NCBI GenBank assembly: GCA_964036045.1
Contig: OZ038378.1
Span: 200,756,001-200,820,000, forward strand
Origin: Eutreptiella sp. 'Long Island Sound 2002'
Taxonomy: Eukaryota > Protista > Euglenida
Direction: 5' to 3'
Length of the DNA stretch: 64,000 nt
Position 1 is the first letter of the stretch; each line of letters opens with the position of its first letter. Shown one piece after another: positions 33,920 to 45,789 of the stretch. Made by a program: the position numbers and the translations under genes. The notes under the pieces were generated by a model. That model was not told the DNA's origin. It saw only the letters and a program-made list of their open reading frames with translations, and did not search any database.

Positions 33920-34525
33920 GTGATAAACAGCGCACCGCTTCCAGGGGTGAGTGCTGGCACCACCATCACGTCCCTTGTACACGACGGCCTCACGGATGCG
34001 GTGTACGTGGCCGCGCATACGCCAAACAATCCGAGCTTCATCTTCAAACTGCATGCGAAAGACCTGACGCCCTATGGCATGGTGCAGCTTAATCTCCGGC
34101 AAGGAGAGCCGGAGGTCGCACGCGCCATGGAGGCAGCGGTACGTTTGAGGCGCCTTTATGTGCTGACATCAGTGCAGCAGCAGCCAGTGCTGATCACGCT
34201 GCTGCTGTCTGCCGTCAGAGAGCTGCAGCCGGGGCTCGCAGACGCGTCAGGCGGAACCATTATTAACGTCATGGGCGAGGGCTTCGTGAACGGGTCCCTG
34301 TGCAGCTTTGGTGCCGGAATCTTGACGGCAACCACGCTGGTGCGCCCTGATTTGGTCCAGTGCGAGACTCCAGCGACGCCGGACTCGACGACTTGCTCCG
34401 GCAACGCGCTGGAGATTGTACTGACGGCGGGCGTTCAAACTCAGAACAGCGTCCGGCTGTGGCGCCCGGCAACGCCCACGGTGCTCTCCGTCGCGCCGAC
34501 AGGGGGCTACTACAACATGACGCAG
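33920..34525 (+). CDS. Exon 5: end of propeller-like region plus IPT/TIG domain (GGTIINVMGEGF...CSFG...CETP)
   Basis: Acceptor GTCCGCAG|GTGATA, ORF 33920, donor CAG|GTGCTC at 34526. Both junctions are phase 0. Confidence 0.85.
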
Positions 34526-34799
34526 GTGCTCATTCAATCGCGACAGTGCAGGGACAAGCGCTGCTTCTCTCAGTGCATACTGCGTCTATTTCTATCAGGA
34601 TCATCTTGCTCTGCTGTGTGTTTAATCTCCCTGCACCCCCTGCCGCTATACCTGTGGCAACCCTGCGCACTAGCCGCTGGGCCGCTGAGTGTCGGTGAGT
34701 GGCAATATGTCCCATTTTTTCCGCCGGCGAGTGCGGTGGTGTGATTTCACTCAAGGAACTAAGGGGAATATCCTCAGCCTCTAGAAGAATGGGTCAAAT

Positions 34800-35945
34800 G
34801 AGAAAGGCAACAATTGGTAGTCCCATCCCCCCCCCCGACCCCCAATCTCCTCGAAGAGAGGTTGTTCGATCAAGCGCAGATGCGAACGCCATAGACCCCA
34901 TGTTTTGAGGGGAATTCCCAATAGCATATCCCAATGGATGAAATTGGACGTTCAACGCCTGGTAAAACCATCATTTTGGGACATGAAATTAATCCCCAAT
35001 GAATTTTCTATTTTGACTCCCTCAGCGTGTGTCGCTGCTGAAAGGGATGTAGTTGCGGCTATGTGTTTCCTTGAAGTGAACGCAATGGATCACCGGAAAC
35101 ACAGATATCACCCGCACGTCCAGGAGATTGAAATTCCCACGAACTCCCACAACATCCACTGTGAATGGAAGGTGTGCTAGGTACACCGTGCAAAGAAAGG
35201 GGACAATATGTGCAGACATGGAAGAGGGATGCACCAGGCATCTCGACATCCATATGGGAGGGGCCCCTGGTTTATCATAACAATTCAATCTTTCATAATA
35301 ATAAAGAAGAATCAAATTGGCCCAAGGGGCCGCGCAGTTGGTCCCCGTGGAAAAACCGAAGACCTGGCGGAACACCCCTTCGGTTGGTGTGTTAAACACA
35401 TTGTGATTCCATACGAAGTTAAACAGCACTAGACTGCTGCTCAAGTCTTCTGTATGAGGGGTGGAAAAGTAGGGCCACGAATCCTTCAAAGGCTAGTAAT
35501 TGTCTTCACTTATAGGTACCAGCAACCAATTCACAAAAATGACCTCATTGGGCGTAAGGAAACCTAGGTTCAATCGAGACAAGGGAAAACAACACCAGTA
35601 AGTGTACGCCGCAACCACGTCAGACCATATGAAGTTGGCAGACCAAGGAAATAGGTGGATGATGACAGCACATGACCTCGTGCTACAGACCGCCCCCGAC
35701 CTCTTGCAAAAGCCGATGATGACTTTTCTGGATTCTTTCTTGGTGACCAAACTACCAGTGTTTTACTTGCTTGCCAAAAGCGGGGCTGAGATCGTAAGGG
35801 GGCCGAAATGCGAGGCACACGGGCACTTTTCGATCCGGGTGTTTTGGTGCTGCATTCGCATAGAGCCTGAAAGTCCTGTGTGCAGCTCTACTTTGACTGT
35901 TTTCAGTGCCGTTCTGTCTTGTATTGTGCTGTGTTGTATTATGTA
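34800..35945 (-). pseudogene. Degenerate Penelope-like (PLE) reverse transcriptase fragment
   Basis: Minus-strand motifs in the correct order: LY...PKHP....FRP, SDVVAAYT, NVF...GVFRQVFGFSTGTNCAAPWANL...E, NLLDV, RNYIPFSS. The region is frameshifted. Confidence 0.6.
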
Positions 35946-35947
35946 GC

Positions 35948-36022
35948 GTTGTGTTGTGTTGTGTTGTGTTGTGTTGTGTTGTGTTGTGTTGTGCTGTGTT
36001 GTGTTGTGTTGTGTTGTGTTGT
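35948..36022. repeat. (TGTTG)n microsatellite
   Basis: Direct inspection. Confidence 0.95.
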
Positions 36023-36144
36023 GGCATTCTGCTGTGGTGTGGTGGTGTGCGGTACAATCCAGTATGCGTGATTTTGGCGTGTGAGCGCGGCGGTGTGTTT
36101 CTTGTTACGGGGGTGACCAAATCCATAATCAAATGATGATTCAG

Positions 36145-36357
36145 GATGTGTTTCTCTACGGCTACGGGTTCGTCAACTCCTCTGCGGTGGCGTGCTGCTT
36201 CTACACCCCCGGTGGTAAGTTGACCGTGCGTGGGGCCAACAATGTGGAGGTCATCAGTTCCACGAAGGTGCGGTGCCGCCAGCCCAGCCTTGCATTGGAT
36301 TACTGGGCGTCCGGCGTCGGCGGCGCGCCCCAAGTGAAATTCTCCCTGGATGGGCAG
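36145..36357 (+). CDS. Exon 6: IPT/TIG domain (DVFLYGYGFVNS...VRCRQP...VKFSLDGQ)
   Basis: Acceptor ATTCAG|GAT, donor CAG|GTATTG at 36358, phase 0, with an IPT-type G.GF...C..P...SLDGQ pattern. Confidence 0.82.
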
Positions 36358-37185
36358 GTATTGGCTGCTGCTGCGTTTGCATGGATTTGGTTTCAGATCA
36401 AAACATTTTGCAACACGCAACACCGCACCGCACCGCACCGCACCACACCAAGAGAAGCATGGCTGCAATCTTCAGTGCACAGCTGCGAAACTGCCGTTTG
36501 CACTGAAGATGGCCAGTGTAAGTCGACTGAAAAAAATTGACTTTTTCCGGCAACCCGTGATGACCCCTGGGGACCCTTGGGCCAGGCTTGGGTCATCATT
36601 TGGTGACAAGGGAAATGCATATAACCCTATGGGGGGCCACATAGCACGAACTATGCGCCCTTAGTGGTGCCCATTGGCCCCTGGAAGGGCCATTTTGGGC
36701 CATTTTGCACCTTGGTGGGCAAAACTTGTTTGGCGTATTGCGGCCACCATCTGTCGATTGCGATCTTGGTCCGCTTCCACTTTATTCTTCCATATGGATC
36801 TGCCATCCGATTGCAGGGGTCCCGGTTTCTATTCCCGTGTATCGCGGACCGGCTTCCCCTACGCGGCCCCACCGGTGAGGCATCGGGCGCTTTCAGCGTC
36901 ATTTTGTGGCGACAACAGCAGCGCATATAAACCCATGCAAGGACGTGCAGCACCAATTAGGCCCGCCTATTGGTGTCATGGGCCCGTAAAAGGGCTGTTT
37001 TCGGGCTTATTCAGCTCGGTTGCTGAGGGCTAGGGATAACACTAGGACGATTTTGTGGTGCATTGTAGGGGAGACTCTCTGCGAAGTGGACTTGCCCACA
37101 GCAATAGAATTTGCCTCCGGGTTGATTTCCGATTTTAAGCCACCACCAGCCCCGCGGACTGCCACTTCCTCTGCCATTTCACCAG

Positions 37186-37404
37186 AAATTTGCCGGGAAC
37201 GAGACGTACCATTTCATCGGGCCCCCGAAGGCAATCCAAGTGTCGCCGTCACAAGTCACACTCCAATCCGACGAAACCGTCACCCTTGGACCCATTGAAG
37301 TCTCCACAGTGGACCAGTACGGAAATCAAGTGCTGCAGTACGACAACGGTAAGCACGTTGTTGCTGCGCTGCTCACCAGCAAAACTGAGAATTACACCTT
37401 GCAG
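37186..37404 (+). CDS. Exon 7: Ig-like domain start (KFAGNETYHF...VDQYGNQ...NYTLQ)
   Basis: Acceptor TTTCACCAG|AAA continues SLDGQ|KFAG. Donor CAG|GTTGTG at 37405 is the one phase-compatible with exon 8 (TLQ|GVQRAVV). Confidence 0.75.
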
Positions 37405-38950
37405 GTTGTGCTCCGTCGTATCTTTGGCTTGCGCCCCGTTGTGCCCGTTGTGCCCGCCCCCCTTGGGCTATGCTTGAGTGGGAGGGGGGCGGAAGGGGGT
37501 TTTGAAGAGTTTTTGCAAAAGCGGTTACTGGTGGCCGGGTTGCAGCACGATTCTGGCAGTTATAATCCCGTTGGGCGCCGGTTGGTCACGGAGGGAAGTG
37601 GTTGAGCCGGAACCGACCGCAACCCCAAATGGGGGGCGTTGCCCTCCCCGGGACTGTTGGCAAGCGAGAGGAGGAGTGGCCGCACTTTTCCCATGCATCT
37701 CCTGCATGTCCCGCATGCGGCCGGTCCGTGATGCGCATGCGCAGTACATGTTTTCGTACCAGATACCACATACCAGACTTCCCACCAGCGTTTGCCAGCT
37801 GAGACATGATCAGATGGAGCAGGGTCCTACTGAGCCACACGCTGGACGCAGCACGTTCCTACTGAGTTCCGGTGGCGCGGGGGGCGGGTATTACTGAGTG
37901 GCCTTGGAGATGGGGCCAATTCCTACTGAGAACCTGTTTCCCTGCCGGACGCTAGTGCTGCCACATACCCCCACCTTTCCGACACGCCTCGGGGCCGTGC
38001 AGCACGATGGGCGTGCGGGCACCATGTTCCCCCTCCTTCTGGTCGACTGCATCCTCCTCGTCCTCGACAGCCCTGCGGCGAAAGGCGCTTAGGGCCAGCC
38101 CCGGCCCTGAACACGCCCTTTCGTTGTCGTGGCCCTGCATCCGCGCCTTTCTCTGCGTCGCCCACGGCGACGACCACCCACACGCAACACATCCACACGT
38201 CACCGCACGGGGGGGTGGATCTTGACGCCCAACGCGGTGCGGACTGTTGAGGGGTCCGGGCGGGCGGGGGGGGCAAGGGAAGTGGACAATGCAGTTGCGG
38301 GGGGGCTGGGGGTCCGCTCAAGGACCCCCGGAATCGGCCGGCGGAGGCCCACGAAATGGGCTCGAACGACCCCCCCCGCCCCGCCGCCGCGAATGGATTT
38401 TCCAAGTCGGCAGTGGGGCGGGGATCGGGTGGGGGTCACGTGTGGATGTTTTCCCCATCATTTCTGCATTCTCCATTGCATTTCCTCGTCGAGCCCTGCT
38501 CTCTGTACTGCCCCGGGGGCTGCGGCACCTTGAGGACACAGAGCAGTGAGGGTGACGCTGCCACTGGCCGGCGTCTGGTACCTGTGCAGGGGCTGTCCCT
38601 CCGTGTAAGGCCGGGGGTGGGCTTGGGCTTCCCAAGCTGACGTGGATCTTCTGCGATCCGGGGGGGGGGGGGGGGGTGGCACAAGGCCTCGGTATTAGGT
38701 CATTTGCCTTTGCCGGCGCCTACTGGCCTCTCACCACTGCTCATTCTGACCCTCTGTGGGCCCGAACGCGTTTGGGTTGTGTCAACGGAGCCCCCGGATG
38801 ACTTGTCCTGTTTGACTACTCCGGGGGTCGGCCGTCCCGGAGACGGCACTGTTGCCCATGCCGTTGGGGGGGGGGGGGTTGGCACAAGGCCTTGGTATTA
38901 GGTTGTTTGCCTTTGGCGCCTCCCATTGCCATGCTCCTGCTGTATGACAG

Positions 38951-39589
38951 GGCGTGCAGCGCGCCGTCGTGCTGTCGGATGGCGTGGGCCTGTACACAGC
39001 GGCCGTGCCGCGCCCTCACGTCGGGTTCTACGAGCTCAGGCTCTCGCATCCCGCGTTCGGCAAGGCCGTCTCTGTGATCATACTCGTCACCGAGGGGCAT
39101 CCCTCCCGCCTGCAAGTGGTCAAGGAGCCCTCCCCTGCGACCAGCAACGTCCTTGAGTTGCAGGAGCAGCCACAACTGTGGCTGCTGGACGCCGCCGACA
39201 ACCATGTGACCAGCCCCGATCCCACGCTTTGGGGGCCCTTGGTCGCCCTCGCCACCGCTGTTCCCACCAGCACCGACCCGCGGGCTGCGGCGTTGCCGCT
39301 GTCCCGCAGCAAGAACACGACGGAGCACCGGACCGCGTTCAAGGACGGCTTCTTCGTGTTCAGCGACGTCGGGTTCGTGGCGAAGTATGGGCTGCAGTAC
39401 CGACTGAATTTCTCAGTGTGCAACGGGTCCGGGGGCGCCGAGCCCATCCGCGCAATCCAGTGGGTGATGTCCCGCCCCATCGTGGCCAAGGACTGTGGCC
39501 TGGACCAGTACTATATCCCACTGGACACGGAGTGCCGCCCGTGCATGCCCGGGGGCAACTGCACGGGCGGGTCCTTGCATGAGCTTGAG
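38951..39589 (+). CDS. Exon 8: Ig-like domains and start of Cys-rich region (DCGLDQYY...CRPCMPGGNC)
   Basis: Acceptor GACAG|GGC, within ORF 38954..40075. Donor GAG|GTGTGG at 39590, phase 0. Confidence 0.82.
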
Positions 39590-39989
39590 GTGTGGGGTGA
39601 GTGCTGTGCGGGCAAGGGGTTAGGGGGGGGGTTGCCGGCTTGCATTGGTGGGGGCCGTGCCAGAGCGATGTGCCAAAGGAAAACCACAGAGGGGGTGCGG
39701 CCAAACGGGAGCGATCGGGAGCTAGGCCTCAATTCGAGGCTTGGTGGCATCGTTGTCACCCCCCCATTTTTCCTGTCAGACCCCCCCCCCCTCCCCAGAC
39801 CACCCCGTCCAATTCTGAGGGCACTCAAAATAAATCTTGTCGGGTTTATCAAGGGAAAACAATGCTCACCCGGCCTTTGGCCGGAAGAAGACTACTATGG
39901 GGTTTGCAACCCCCCCCCCCCCCGGACCGGGGGGGGTCCTTTGGGATTTTTTTTTTGCTCGGGACCGCCCTTAAGAACCGCTCCAAGGG

Positions 39990-40075
39990 ACGACCAACCG
40001 CCAACTGCCACCAACCGCCAACCGCCACCAACCGCCCACCGCCAACCGCCGACAATCGCTACCAACCATGGTTGA
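39990..40075 (+). repeat. (C)AACCGC-rich repeat block of a dispersed family (related AACCGC/GCGGTT-rich blocks at about 30230-30380, 41050-41170, 62280-62320)
   Basis: CAACCGCCAACTGCCACCAACCGCCAACCGCC... and reverse-complement versions elsewhere. Confidence 0.5.
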
Positions 40076-41490
40076 ACATCTGAGCTACATGCGGTCTTTT
40101 TGCAAAATGCTGTACAGGAACACTTTTTTTCCTCCTGTTAAGGAACCCCCCTGCTCCGGACTCCCCCGCCAGGCCTGACTTAGAATTTCGTTTTTGGCAA
40201 TGGTGGTCCCCCACCACCCCCTTCTAATGCCGGGAAAATCAGGAAAGTTCCTAAGTACCAACACTGTCTACAGTTTGAGCGTTGCTGGTCCACATTCCAT
40301 CTTATGGCCAGGCTTCTCAGCCCCCCCCCCCCCCCCTGGTACCTTTGGGTTGGCATCTTGGCAGTTAGGCTGGTGATCCCAAGAGGAGCAGCCACAACCC
40401 AAATGGGAAGGTGTTCGGTGCCAAAGGAAAAGGAGGGTACACCCACGGTTTTAGTGCCTAGTGCTTGGGCTACCCTATGGGGGGTGGGTGGGTGGATGGG
40501 TTTGCAGCCCCCCCTCCCGGGGTCGGTGGGTTGGCGCCAAAGGCGTCGAAGGAAAATCTTGCTTTTTTTGCCTTTGTGTGTGTGAGTGGGTGGGTGTCCA
40601 TCCGGGGGGGGGGGGGGCGTTGGCACCAGGCCTCGGTGTTTGTCTTTGGCGCTGCCTATTGGCCTCTGGCCACTGTACATTCTGACCCTCTGTGGGTCCA
40701 AACGTGTTTTGGTTGTGTCAACGGAGCCCCTGAATGACTTGTCCCGTTTGACTACTCTGGATGTCGGCCGTCCTGGAGACAGGCTGTTGCAAAACGCCAG
40801 GCGCACCGGAGATTCGTGCCAGGCCGGGCAGCTGGCTCCCTTCACGGAATGGGGCAGGGCAGTGTCCTCAAGACAGATGTACCCCGACGCACTAGTCCTC
40901 CAGACGGAATGGGGAGTGTGGGCAGGGCTGTACCCAACGCACAAGAACAAGGAAGTCTGCTGATTTACCCTTTGGCTCAAGAAATACCCCCCTGACATGC
41001 GGCAGCACTGACAAGCACCAGGCCCCGAGGCATGGCATAGGGCCAGCAACGGCCGGCGGCTCGGCAGCAACCGACGGCGGTTTGCGAGTGGGCGCCTTCG
41101 GTAGGCCCATAGTCACCGCCGGTTGGCCAGCACCTGCCGTCGCCTGGTCACAAAGCGGCGGTTGGCCAGTAATCCCCAACCTAAAGGCTGCCCTTACTTT
41201 ACAAACAGCAAACCTCCCCGTTGAGGGGTGGGGGAGGGAAAGGACCTCAGAGGCGGCCCCAGAAGCGGCTAGACAGGCGGTTGGAGGAGGTTGCCAAAGC
41301 GGTTGGGGGCGGTTAATGTCGGTTACAAATGCCACTGAAGCGGGCATTTGGCGTCAGGGGGACAGTGGATGGGCGTAGGCTGGGCGCCCTGGAGGGGGGG
41401 GGGGTACCCCCCCCCCCTCCAATGCATCCCTGGGGGGGGGGGGTTACGCTAAGGCTCCACGATGCACACACACGCAACCCGCTTTCGTAG

Positions 41491-41766
41491 GTTTTCAGAG
41501 ATTTCTGGCGCGCCAACCGCTACACAACCTCGGTCTTGAAGTGCCCGGATTGGCTGCCGAGCGGGACCTGCCGGGCCGGCCCCCCGGACGCCCCCTGCAC
41601 GGGGAACCACACGGGGTTCCTGTGCGGCCTGTGCGAGGACGGCTATGCCGGCCCGGCCTGCGACGACTGTACGAAGAAGAGCCCGAGCCCCTTGCTCGAC
41701 ATTCTCCTGTTCAGCAGCAGCTACCTCCTGATATTCACGTGGACCACCTTCCGGGCCTACCATCAG
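41491..41766 (+). CDS. Exon 9: Cys-rich linker (FWR...C..NHTGFLCGLCEDGY) and first TM helix
   Basis: Acceptor TTTCGTAG|GTT gives VFRDFWRANRY in frame with ORF 41536. Donor CAG|GTGGGC at 41767. Confidence 0.82.
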
Positions 41767-41959
41767 GTGGGCTCTGTTGTTCGTCTCCTTCGGGCTTCTG
41801 TGCAGGGCTGCATTGGAAGGGGGGGGGGGGTTGCTACCGGGCGCCAGGACAACCCCTGCTCAACCGGCATCAGGTGGGGGGTGTCTCCCGCAGCCCAGAT
41901 GGGCTGTTTGCGCAACAGGTCTGGGAGCCCACCAGGGGCAGACCAGTCGTGAGGGGGAA

Positions 41960-42470
41960 CGGGACATATGGTGGACGGTCGGGACAACGCGTGGAGGAAC
42001 AGGGCACCTGGGCCTCACACACACAGAAACACAGTGAGGCAGGCTATGGACGGCCTGTGGACAGAGGCGCGTGGACAGCAAAAACAGTCAAACGACCCCG
42101 GCAACAACCAGCACATCCTCAATTCGCCAACTATTGGGCGCCGCTGACGCGCAAGTGGCACATCCCGCCACATCCAGCACAGCCCCGGCACACCAACCGC
42201 GAACGCGGAAACAACACCAGCAGGAGCACCGGCCACAGCAGCCGACAGAAAGCAGCAACTCGACACAACATGCGAAGGGAAGAACGGGTGACTGTCCAGG
42301 GCCCCGTAAGGAAACAACAACCAAACGGAATGTCACACAGGGGGGGTACGGGGCTGGCCGCAGCGACCTACAGAAAGCAGCGACCCGACACAACATGCGA
42401 AGGGAAGAACGGGTGACTGTCCAGGGCCCCGTAAAGAAACAGCAACCAGACGGAATGTCACACGGGGGGG
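41960..42470 (+). mobile_element. Dispersed SINE-like repeat with a tandemly duplicated 3' part; relative at 63225-63315
   Basis: CGACACAACATGCGAAGGGAAGAACGGGTGACTGTCCAGGGCCCCGTAA...GAATGTCACAC occurs twice here and once, diverged, near 63240-63310. Confidence 0.7.
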
Positions 42471-44131
42471 TACCCCCCGCCCCTTCCAGGGCGCCCAGCC
42501 TATGCCCGGCCACTGCCAAGTGCCGGGTTCGATGGCATTTGTAACTGACAGTAACCGCCCCCAACCGCTTCGGAAACCTCCTCCAACGGCTTGTCTAACC
42601 GCCTCTGGGACCGCCTCTGAGGTCCCTTCCCTTCTAATGCATCCCTGCCTTTGGGCTTCTGTGTCCCCTCTGCACTGTGGTGTGCCTCTATGTGCGGAAC
42701 TCTCTGTGTGCCGCCGGGTGCCACGGTGTACCTGCCGTGTGCCCTCCGCATGCCCCTTGATGCCCCTGTGGCCGCCACGCATGCCCTGTGCCCATGTACG
42801 CCTGTCGCCCCCCCCCTTTCTGGGCCTGCTACAGGTTTTGCTGCGCCGAAGCTCGTTTTGTTTCGACCGGCACAACCTGCCGCCCGGCACACGCTGTTTC
42901 AGGCGCATCAACGCGGCCTACCCAGGGGACTGATACCGAAACGCCGTGCCTGCGGCCTTTCCCCCGAGGCGACGTCCAGATATCCACACCACGACCACCG
43001 GAACCATTGGGTGTGGGCCGAGGGGGCATAGGCAGGGATGCATTGGAAGCCCCCCCCCCCCCCTCCAGGGCGCCCAGCCTATGCCGGCCACTGTCCCCCT
43101 GACGCCAAGTGCCAGCCTCAATGGCATTTGTAACCGACAGTAACCGCCCCCCACCGCTTTTGCAACCTCTTCCAACCACCTGTCTAACCGCCTCTGGGGC
43201 CGCCTCTGAGGTCCCTTCCCTTCTGATGCATCCCTGGGAGGCGGATGGTGTGCTGGTACGATCAGCCCCTTCTGCGGCTGCCCCGGCAGTCCCGAGCCTC
43301 TCTAATGGGACCCGCGCCTCCCTCGTGATGACGAGGGCGTCTGGAGAGGCCCATACCGTCGGGGGGCTGGCGTCGCTGGCCATCGGTGCAGGTGCACAGC
43401 GCGACTCTACGCGGGGCCTGGGGTGCCCTCCCCACCGTCCACCCCCACCCCCAATCGGTTTGCGCCGCGCCCGTGCAGGCCCGGTGCCGGAACAGAAGGC
43501 CCTCGCTGCACCCCTGAGCGAAGGCGGCGTTGGCGGGCGTGTAAGTGGTTGGCGGACCGTCGACGGGATGCAGGGGGACCAGGCGGCGGCACTGATGGCC
43601 AGGGGACAACAGGCAGACGGGGTGGGTCGGGGGGTGGAGGGGAGAGCGCAGGTCCTCCCTCTCTTTGCGCACTCTTGCTCTTGTAGCCCCCCCCCCCCCC
43701 CGCCCCGTGTGCAGGACCTGCCTTGCGCAGGAACCAGCCGCCGGTTCTGCAGCCAAACATGGCCGGTTTTTGCTCACGGGAGGGGGGGGTACACTCTCCA
43801 ATGTCCGAATGGAGGTAGTCGCAAGTTCGCAAGTGACTCTGCTACGTGCGCCCCTACGGGTGGACTTACTCCGTCTTGTGCTTCTGGTTGCCGCTGCTTT
43901 CGCTGTTGCGGCTACTGAGCAAGAGCTTGCGTGACTAACATTGAGGTTGTGCGGCACAGGACCCCCCCCCCCAAAAAAAACGCCAAAACACGTCTGGACC
44001 CACAGAGGGTCAGAACGAGCAGCGGCGAGAGGCCAGCAGGCGCCGCCCAAGGCAAACAACCGAATACCGAGGCCTTGTGCCAACCCCCTCCCCCCCCTAC
44101 CACGACCACCCACAGCCCCACGCTTCCGCAG

Positions 44132-44524
44132 GACTCAAGCTCCAAACGGCTGCTGACCATCTCCGCGTGGAAGCGCTTCATCGGGTTTTTCCAAACGCTG
44201 CTCTGCCTCCGGCCCCTCTTCGTCGGGATGCCGTGGCTGCAGCGCGTCGCCCAGGAGGTGGGCGGGGTGTGCTCTGTGGCCTTCCCCAAGACCTCCGCGA
44301 CGTGCCTCTTCCCGGGCCTGACCCCGGCCTCGCTGTTCTGGATCTACATGTCATTGCCCTCCACCGGCCTCGTCATCGGGTTCAGCGCGTTCCTCTACGA
44401 CCGGAGCGTGGCCTGCAACCCATTCAAGATCCTTCGGCTGGACGCCGGACAGCGGCTCGAGGCCCGCAAGGGCCTGGTCACGCGCGCCCGGAACGTCGCG
44501 CAGTTGCTGCTCATTGCCTTTTCG
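44132..44524 (+). CDS. Exon 10: transmembrane helices
   Basis: Acceptor CTTCCGCAG|GAC, hydrophobic segments within ORF 43931. Donor TCG|GTGCGC at 44525, joining LLIAFS|VVLLFLYPTL. Confidence 0.8.
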
Positions 44525-45789
44525 GTGCGCACCCCCCGATCCCCTCCGCCCCGCCGGCCCTGGCACCCTCACACCCCGGCCATTGGCGAGCTGCCACTCC
44601 CGTGGGGCCCTGGTCCAGACTGCGCACGTCCTGCGTACTTGTCGCAGCCCTTGCCTCCGCCAACCCTCCCCGCCCCCCGACCACTACCACTACCGAGAGG
44701 CCACTGGGCGCCGCCAAAGGCAAACAATCTAATAACGAGGCCCTGTGCCAACCCCCCCCACCACCACCACTGCCACCATCACACCCCCCCCCCCCACCAC
44801 TAACACCATCACACACGCCCTGCCCCCCCCCCCCCCCCCACACACACAAAGCCACGGGCGGGCGGGAGGAGAGCACACATGGCCTGGCGCAGCCGGGAGC
44901 CTCTGTTTCTACACTGGCGGCCTGGCCAAGGAGGGGCGAGGGGGGGGGGGCTGAGGGGTGACAACCGGCAGCTATGGGCGCGGCACCGAGCCAGATGGCT
45001 TTGTTCTGCAGAACCTCCCCCCCCCCTGGAACGTCAGCCTGTTTGGCCGCTGTGGTGACTCCCTGCTCAACACGACGGGGCAGGGGCCACTGTGGACCCC
45101 AGCCTCGGGCTCGGGGGGGTGGGGGTTCCTACACCTCCCTCTCACACCTCTGCACCCACCACAGCAACGGGGATGAGCCAGTGAGCCAGGTGCCCCCTGC
45201 GCCGGGCGCACGAGAAGACCAATGCTGCGGGCCTGTGAGCTGCGCGGGGCCCTGGCGTGCACCATGCACCAGGGGGCGAGGAACTGTGGCCCCCGCCCTA
45301 ATGTGGGGCATGAGCGCGGGTTGCGTGAGTTGGGGGCGGCGGCGCGACAGGCGCCGGGGGCCAGCCTGCTGGGCATGGGCTTTGCGGCGCGGCCGTGGCA
45401 GCCGGAGGACCTGCCCCGGGGGGGGGACGGGCAACAGCGGGGGGGGCAACAGGGCCCCAGTCGGGGTATGGGTGGGCGCCGTAGGGTCCTACCTGAGGTG
45501 CGGGGGTGGGGCCACGGGGGGGGGGGGGGGGCGGCCGGGGCGGGTCCTTGTATGCGACCCCCCCAGCCCCCCCCCCCTCCCCCGGGTTTTGAAAGATATT
45601 GGTGCCGGGTCGCCCACCAACAAGCGTCCCCAGAGAAAACTGTCCGGCGCCAAAGGCGCCAATTTTTTTTTTCATACTATGTGTTTTGTAGAGAATTCAT
45701 ATTTGTGTTAAAACAACAAGAAAAAATTTTGACCTGAAGGAGGGCTACAGGAGGGCTGCAGGCCCTAACAGCAACCCTAGCCCGAACGC

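Noticed and set aside
37349-37354. Strong GTAAGC donor as the end of exon 7
   Set aside because: It is phase 1, with no matching acceptor before exon 8; the 37405 donor restores the frame. It could still be an alternative site.
44958-45176. Extra exon between exons 10 and 11
   Set aside because: No convincing acceptor, and exons 10 and 11 join directly into a continuous TM helix (LLIAFS|VVLLFLYP).
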